DNA of 13,524 nucleotides from a virus (Duplodnaviria; Heunggongvirae; Uroviricota; Caudoviricetes): IMG/VR virus record IMGVR_UViG_2534681938_000018, positions 1 to 13,524 of that record; one strand, 5' to 3'. Shown piece by piece: positions 7,160 to 13,524 of this stretch (position 1 is its first letter; each line of letters starts with the position of its first letter). The notes under the pieces were generated by a model. It saw only the letters and a program-made list of their open reading frames with translations, ran no database searches and was not told where the DNA came from. The position numbers and the translations under genes were made by a program.

Positions 7160-7391
7160 TTATCATTTTCGCGGGTCCTTTCCGGCGATCCGACAGGTTA
7201 CGGGGCGGCAACCTCGCGGGTTTTCGCTATTTATGAAAATTTTCCGGTTTAAGGCGTTTCCGTTCTTCTTCGCCGTAACCTAATGTTTTTATTTAAAACA
7301 CCCCCTGAAAAGAAAGGAAACGACAGGTGCTGAAAACGGGCTTTTTGGCCTCTGTCGTTTCCTTTCTCTGTTTTTGTCCGTGGAATGAACA
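7160..7391. other. cos: cos site (cosQ-cosN-cosB) of a lambda-type phage; cosN 12-nt overhang GGGCGGCAACCT at 7203-7214
   Basis: ...TCCGGCGATCCGACAGGTTACG / GGGCGGCAACCTCGCGGGTTTTCGCTATTTATGAAAATTTTCCGG... matches the lambda right-end/left-end junction; lies immediately upstream of Nu1, as expected for an integrated lambdoid prophage. Confidence 0.85.
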
Positions 7392-7911
7392 ATGGAGGTC
7401 AACAAAAAGCAGCTGGCTGACATTTTCGGCGCGAGTATCCGTACCATTCAGAACTGGCAGGAACAGGGAATGCCCGTTCTGCGAGGCGGTGGCAAGGGTA
7501 ATGAGGTGCTTTATGACTCTGCCGCCGTCATAAAATGGTATGCCGAAAGGGATGCTGAAATTGAGAACGAAAAGCTGCGCCGGGAAGTTGAAGAACTGCG
7601 GCAGGCCAGCGAGACAGATCTCCAGCCAGGGACTATTGAGTACGAACGCCATCGACTTACGCGTGCGCAGGCCGACGCACAGGAGCTGAAAAATGCCAGA
7701 GACTCCGCTGAAGTGGTGGAAACCGCATTCTGTACTTTCGTGCTGTCGCGGATCGCAGGTGAAATTGCCAGTATTCTCGACGGGATCCCCCTGTCGGTGC
7801 AGCGGCGTTTTCCGGAACTGGAAAACCGACATGTTGATTTCCTGAAACGGGATATCATCAAAGCCATGAACAAAGCAGCCGCGCTGGATGAACTGATACC
7901 GGGGTTGCTGA

Positions 7912-7937
<26 letters not shown>
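7392..7937 (+). CDS. nu1: Terminase small subunit Nu1 (181 aa)
   Basis: MEVNKKQLADIFGASIRTIQNWQEQGMPVLRGGGKGNEVLYDSAAVIKWYAERDAE... is near-identical to lambda Nu1; correct length and position after cos. Confidence 0.95.
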
Positions 7938-11617
<3,680 letters not shown>

Positions 11618-11637
<20 letters not shown>

Positions 11638-12937
11638 TCTCCCGCATATTGCCAGCATGGCTTTTAATGAGCCGCTGATGCTTGAACCCGCCTATGCGCG
11701 GGTTTTCTTTTGTGCGCTTGCAGGCCAGCTTGGGATCAGCCGCCTGACGGATGCAGTATCCGGCGACAGCCTGACTGCCGGAGAGGCACCCGCGGCGCTG
11801 GCGTTATCCGGTGATGATGACGGACCACGACAGGCCCGGAGTTATCAGGTCATGAACGGCATCGCCGTGCTGCCGGTGTCCGGTACGCTGGTCAGCCGGA
11901 CGCGGGCGCTGCAGCCGTATTCGGGAATGACCGGTTACAACGGCATTATCGCCCGTCTGCAACAGGCTGCCAGCGATCCGATGGTGGACGGCATTCTGCT
12001 CGATATGGACACACCGGGCGGGATGGTGGCGGGAGCATTTGACTGTGCTGACATCATCGCCCGTGTGCGAGACATAAAACCGGTATGGGCGCTGGCCAAC
12101 GACATGAACTGCAGTGCAGGTCAGCTGCTTGCCAGCGCCGCCTCCCGGCGTCTGGTCACGCAGACCGCCCGGACAGGCTCCATCGGCGTCATGATGGCTC
12201 ACAGTAATTACGGTGCTGCCCTGGAGAAACAGGGCGTGGAAATCACGCTGATTTACAGCGGCAGCCATAAGGTGGATGGCAACCCCTACAGCCATCTACC
12301 GGGTGATGTCCGGGAAACACTGCAGTCCCGGATGGATGCAACCCGCCGGATGTTTGCGCAGAAGGTGTCGGCATATACCGGCCTGTCCGTGCAGGCTGTG
12401 CTGGATACCGAGGCTGCAGTGTACAGCGGTCAGGAGGCCATTGATGCCGGACTGGCTGATGAACTTGTCAACAGCACCGATGCGATCACCGTTATGCGTG
12501 ATGCACTGGATGCACGTAAATCCCGTCTCTCAGGAGGGCGAATGACCAAAGAGACTCAATCAACAACTGTTTCAGCCACTGCTTCGCAGGCTGACGTTAC
12601 TGGCGTGGTGCCAGCGACGGAGGGCGAAAACGCCAGCGCGGCGCAGCCGGACGTGAACGCGCAGATCACCGCTGCGGTTGCGGCAGAAAACAGCCGCATT
12701 ATGGGGATCCTCAACTGTGAGGAGGCTCACGGACGCGAAGAACAGGCCCGCGTGCTGGCAGAAACCCCCGGTATGACCGTGGAAACGGCCCGCCGCATTC
12801 TGGCCGCAGCACCACAGAGTGCACAGGCGCGCAGTGATACTGCGCTGGATCGTCTGATGCAGGGGGCACCGGCACCGCTGGCTGCAGGTAACCCGGCATC
12901 TGATGCCGTTAACGATTTGCTGAACACACCAGTGTAA
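11618..12937 (+). CDS. C: Head protease / minor capsid protein C (439 aa, GTG start)
   Basis: SD GAGGAGGAG then GTG 11618; VTAELRNLPHIASMAFNEPLMLEPAYARVFF... matches lambda C; the track ORF 11483..12937 is an upstream in-frame extension overlapping B. Confidence 0.9.
12542..12937 (+). CDS. nu3: Scaffolding protein Nu3, translated in frame from an internal start within C
   Basis: Internal ATG 12542 preceded by GGAGGG; MTKETQSTTVSATASQADVT...; the lambda C/Nu3 nested-gene arrangement is conserved. Confidence 0.7.
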   Translation: MTKETQSTTVSATASQADVTGVVPATEGENASAAQPDVNAQITAAVAAENSRIMGILNCEEAHGREEQARVLAETPGMTVETARRILAAAPQSAQARSDTALDRLMQGAPAPLAAGNPASDAVNDLLNTPV

Positions 12938-12946
12938 GGGATGTTT

Positions 12947-13279
12947 ATGACGAGCAAAGAAACCTTTACCCATTACCAGCCGCTGGGCAACAGTGACCCG
13001 GCTCATACCGCAACCGCGCCCGGCGGATTGAGTGCGAAAGCGCCTGCAATGACCCCGCTGATGCTGGACACCTCCAGCCGTAAGCTGGTTGCGTGGGATG
13101 GCACCACCGACGGTGCTGCCGTTGGCATTCTTGCGGTTGCTGCTGACCAGACCAGCACCACGCTGACGTTCTACAAGTCCGGCACGTTCCGTTATGAGGA
13201 TGTGCTCTGGCCGGAGGCTGCCAGCGACGAGACGAAAAAACGGACCGCGTTTGCCGGAACGGCAATCAGCATCGTTTAA
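12947..13279 (+). CDS. D: Head decoration protein D (110 aa)
   Basis: [68 protein letters not shown]... matches lambda gpD; the track ORF starts 2 codons earlier at 12941. Confidence 0.9.
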   Translation: MTSKETFTHYQPLGNSDPAHTATAPGGLSAKAPAMTPLMLDTSSRKLVAWDGTTDGAAVGILAVAADQTSTTLTFYKSGTFRYEDVLWPEAASDETKKRTAFAGTAISIV

Positions 13280-13300
13280 CCTGACCCTTCATCACTAAAG

Positions 13301-13321
13301 GCCGCCTGTGCGGCTTTTTTT
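13301..13321 (+). terminator. GC hairpin with T-run between D and E (terminator-like or RNA-processing structure)
   Basis: GCCGC-CTGT-GCGGC followed by TTTTTTT. Confidence 0.4.
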
Positions 13322-13334
13322 ACGGGATTTTTTT

Positions 13335-13524
13335 ATGTCGATGTACACAACCGCCCAACTGCTGGCGGCAAATGAGCAGAAATTTAAGTTTGATCCGCTG
13401 TTTCTGCGTCTCTTTTTCCGTGAGAGCTATCCCTTCACCACGGAGAAAGTCTATCTCTCACAAATTCCGGGACTGGTAAACATGGCGCTGTACGTTTCGC
13501 CGATTGTTTCTGGTGAGGTTATCC
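13335..13524 (+). CDS. E: Major capsid protein E, N-terminal part (continues beyond window)
   Basis: MSMYTTAQLLAANEQKFKFDPLFLRLFFRESYPFTTEKVYLSQIPGLVNMALYVSPIVSGEVI matches the lambda gpE N-terminus. Confidence 0.95.
   Translation, partial: MSMYTTAQLLAANEQKFKFDPLFLRLFFRESYPFTTEKVYLSQIPGLVNMALYVSPIVSGEVI

Noticed and set aside
7293-7832. Minus-strand ORF of 179 aa spanning cosB and Nu1
   Set aside because: Overlaps the cos site and the well-supported Nu1 gene on the opposite strand; shadow ORF.
11804-13265. Minus-strand ORFs antisense to C, Nu3 and D, and the plus off-frame ORF 12276..12545
   Set aside because: Shadow ORFs of well-supported head genes.

Overview
This window is the late region of an integrated lambdoid prophage (lambda / Stx-phage-like, E. 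coli-type host), read left to right on the + strand. It contains small accessory ORFs and a TerB-like gene remnant (1-1700), a prophage sialate O-acetylesterase nanS-p (2125-3978, apparently frameshifted), a lysis cassette (phage-21-type holin 4128-4343, SAR endolysin 5650-6183, Rz/Rz1 spanins 6482-7105), the cos site (cosN 7203-7214), and a lambda-type head module (Nu1, A, W, B, C/Nu3, D, start of E). The most unusual feature is a ~1.3 kb AT-rich insertion that splits the lysis cassette between holin and endolysin and carries two convergent genes with no recognisable homology (4347-5519). I cannot assign them a function from sequence alone, but the position and composition suggest an acquired accessory (moron/defence-type) module. 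A second oddity is a small membrane-protein ORF between endolysin and Rz. Four conserved genes (nanS-p twice, Rz, terminase A) carry single-base homopolymer frameshifts, so the assembly is either error-prone or the prophage is decaying; this affects every ORF boundary here. Homology calls are made from memory of phage lambda, phage 21 and Stx-phage proteins, not from a database search.
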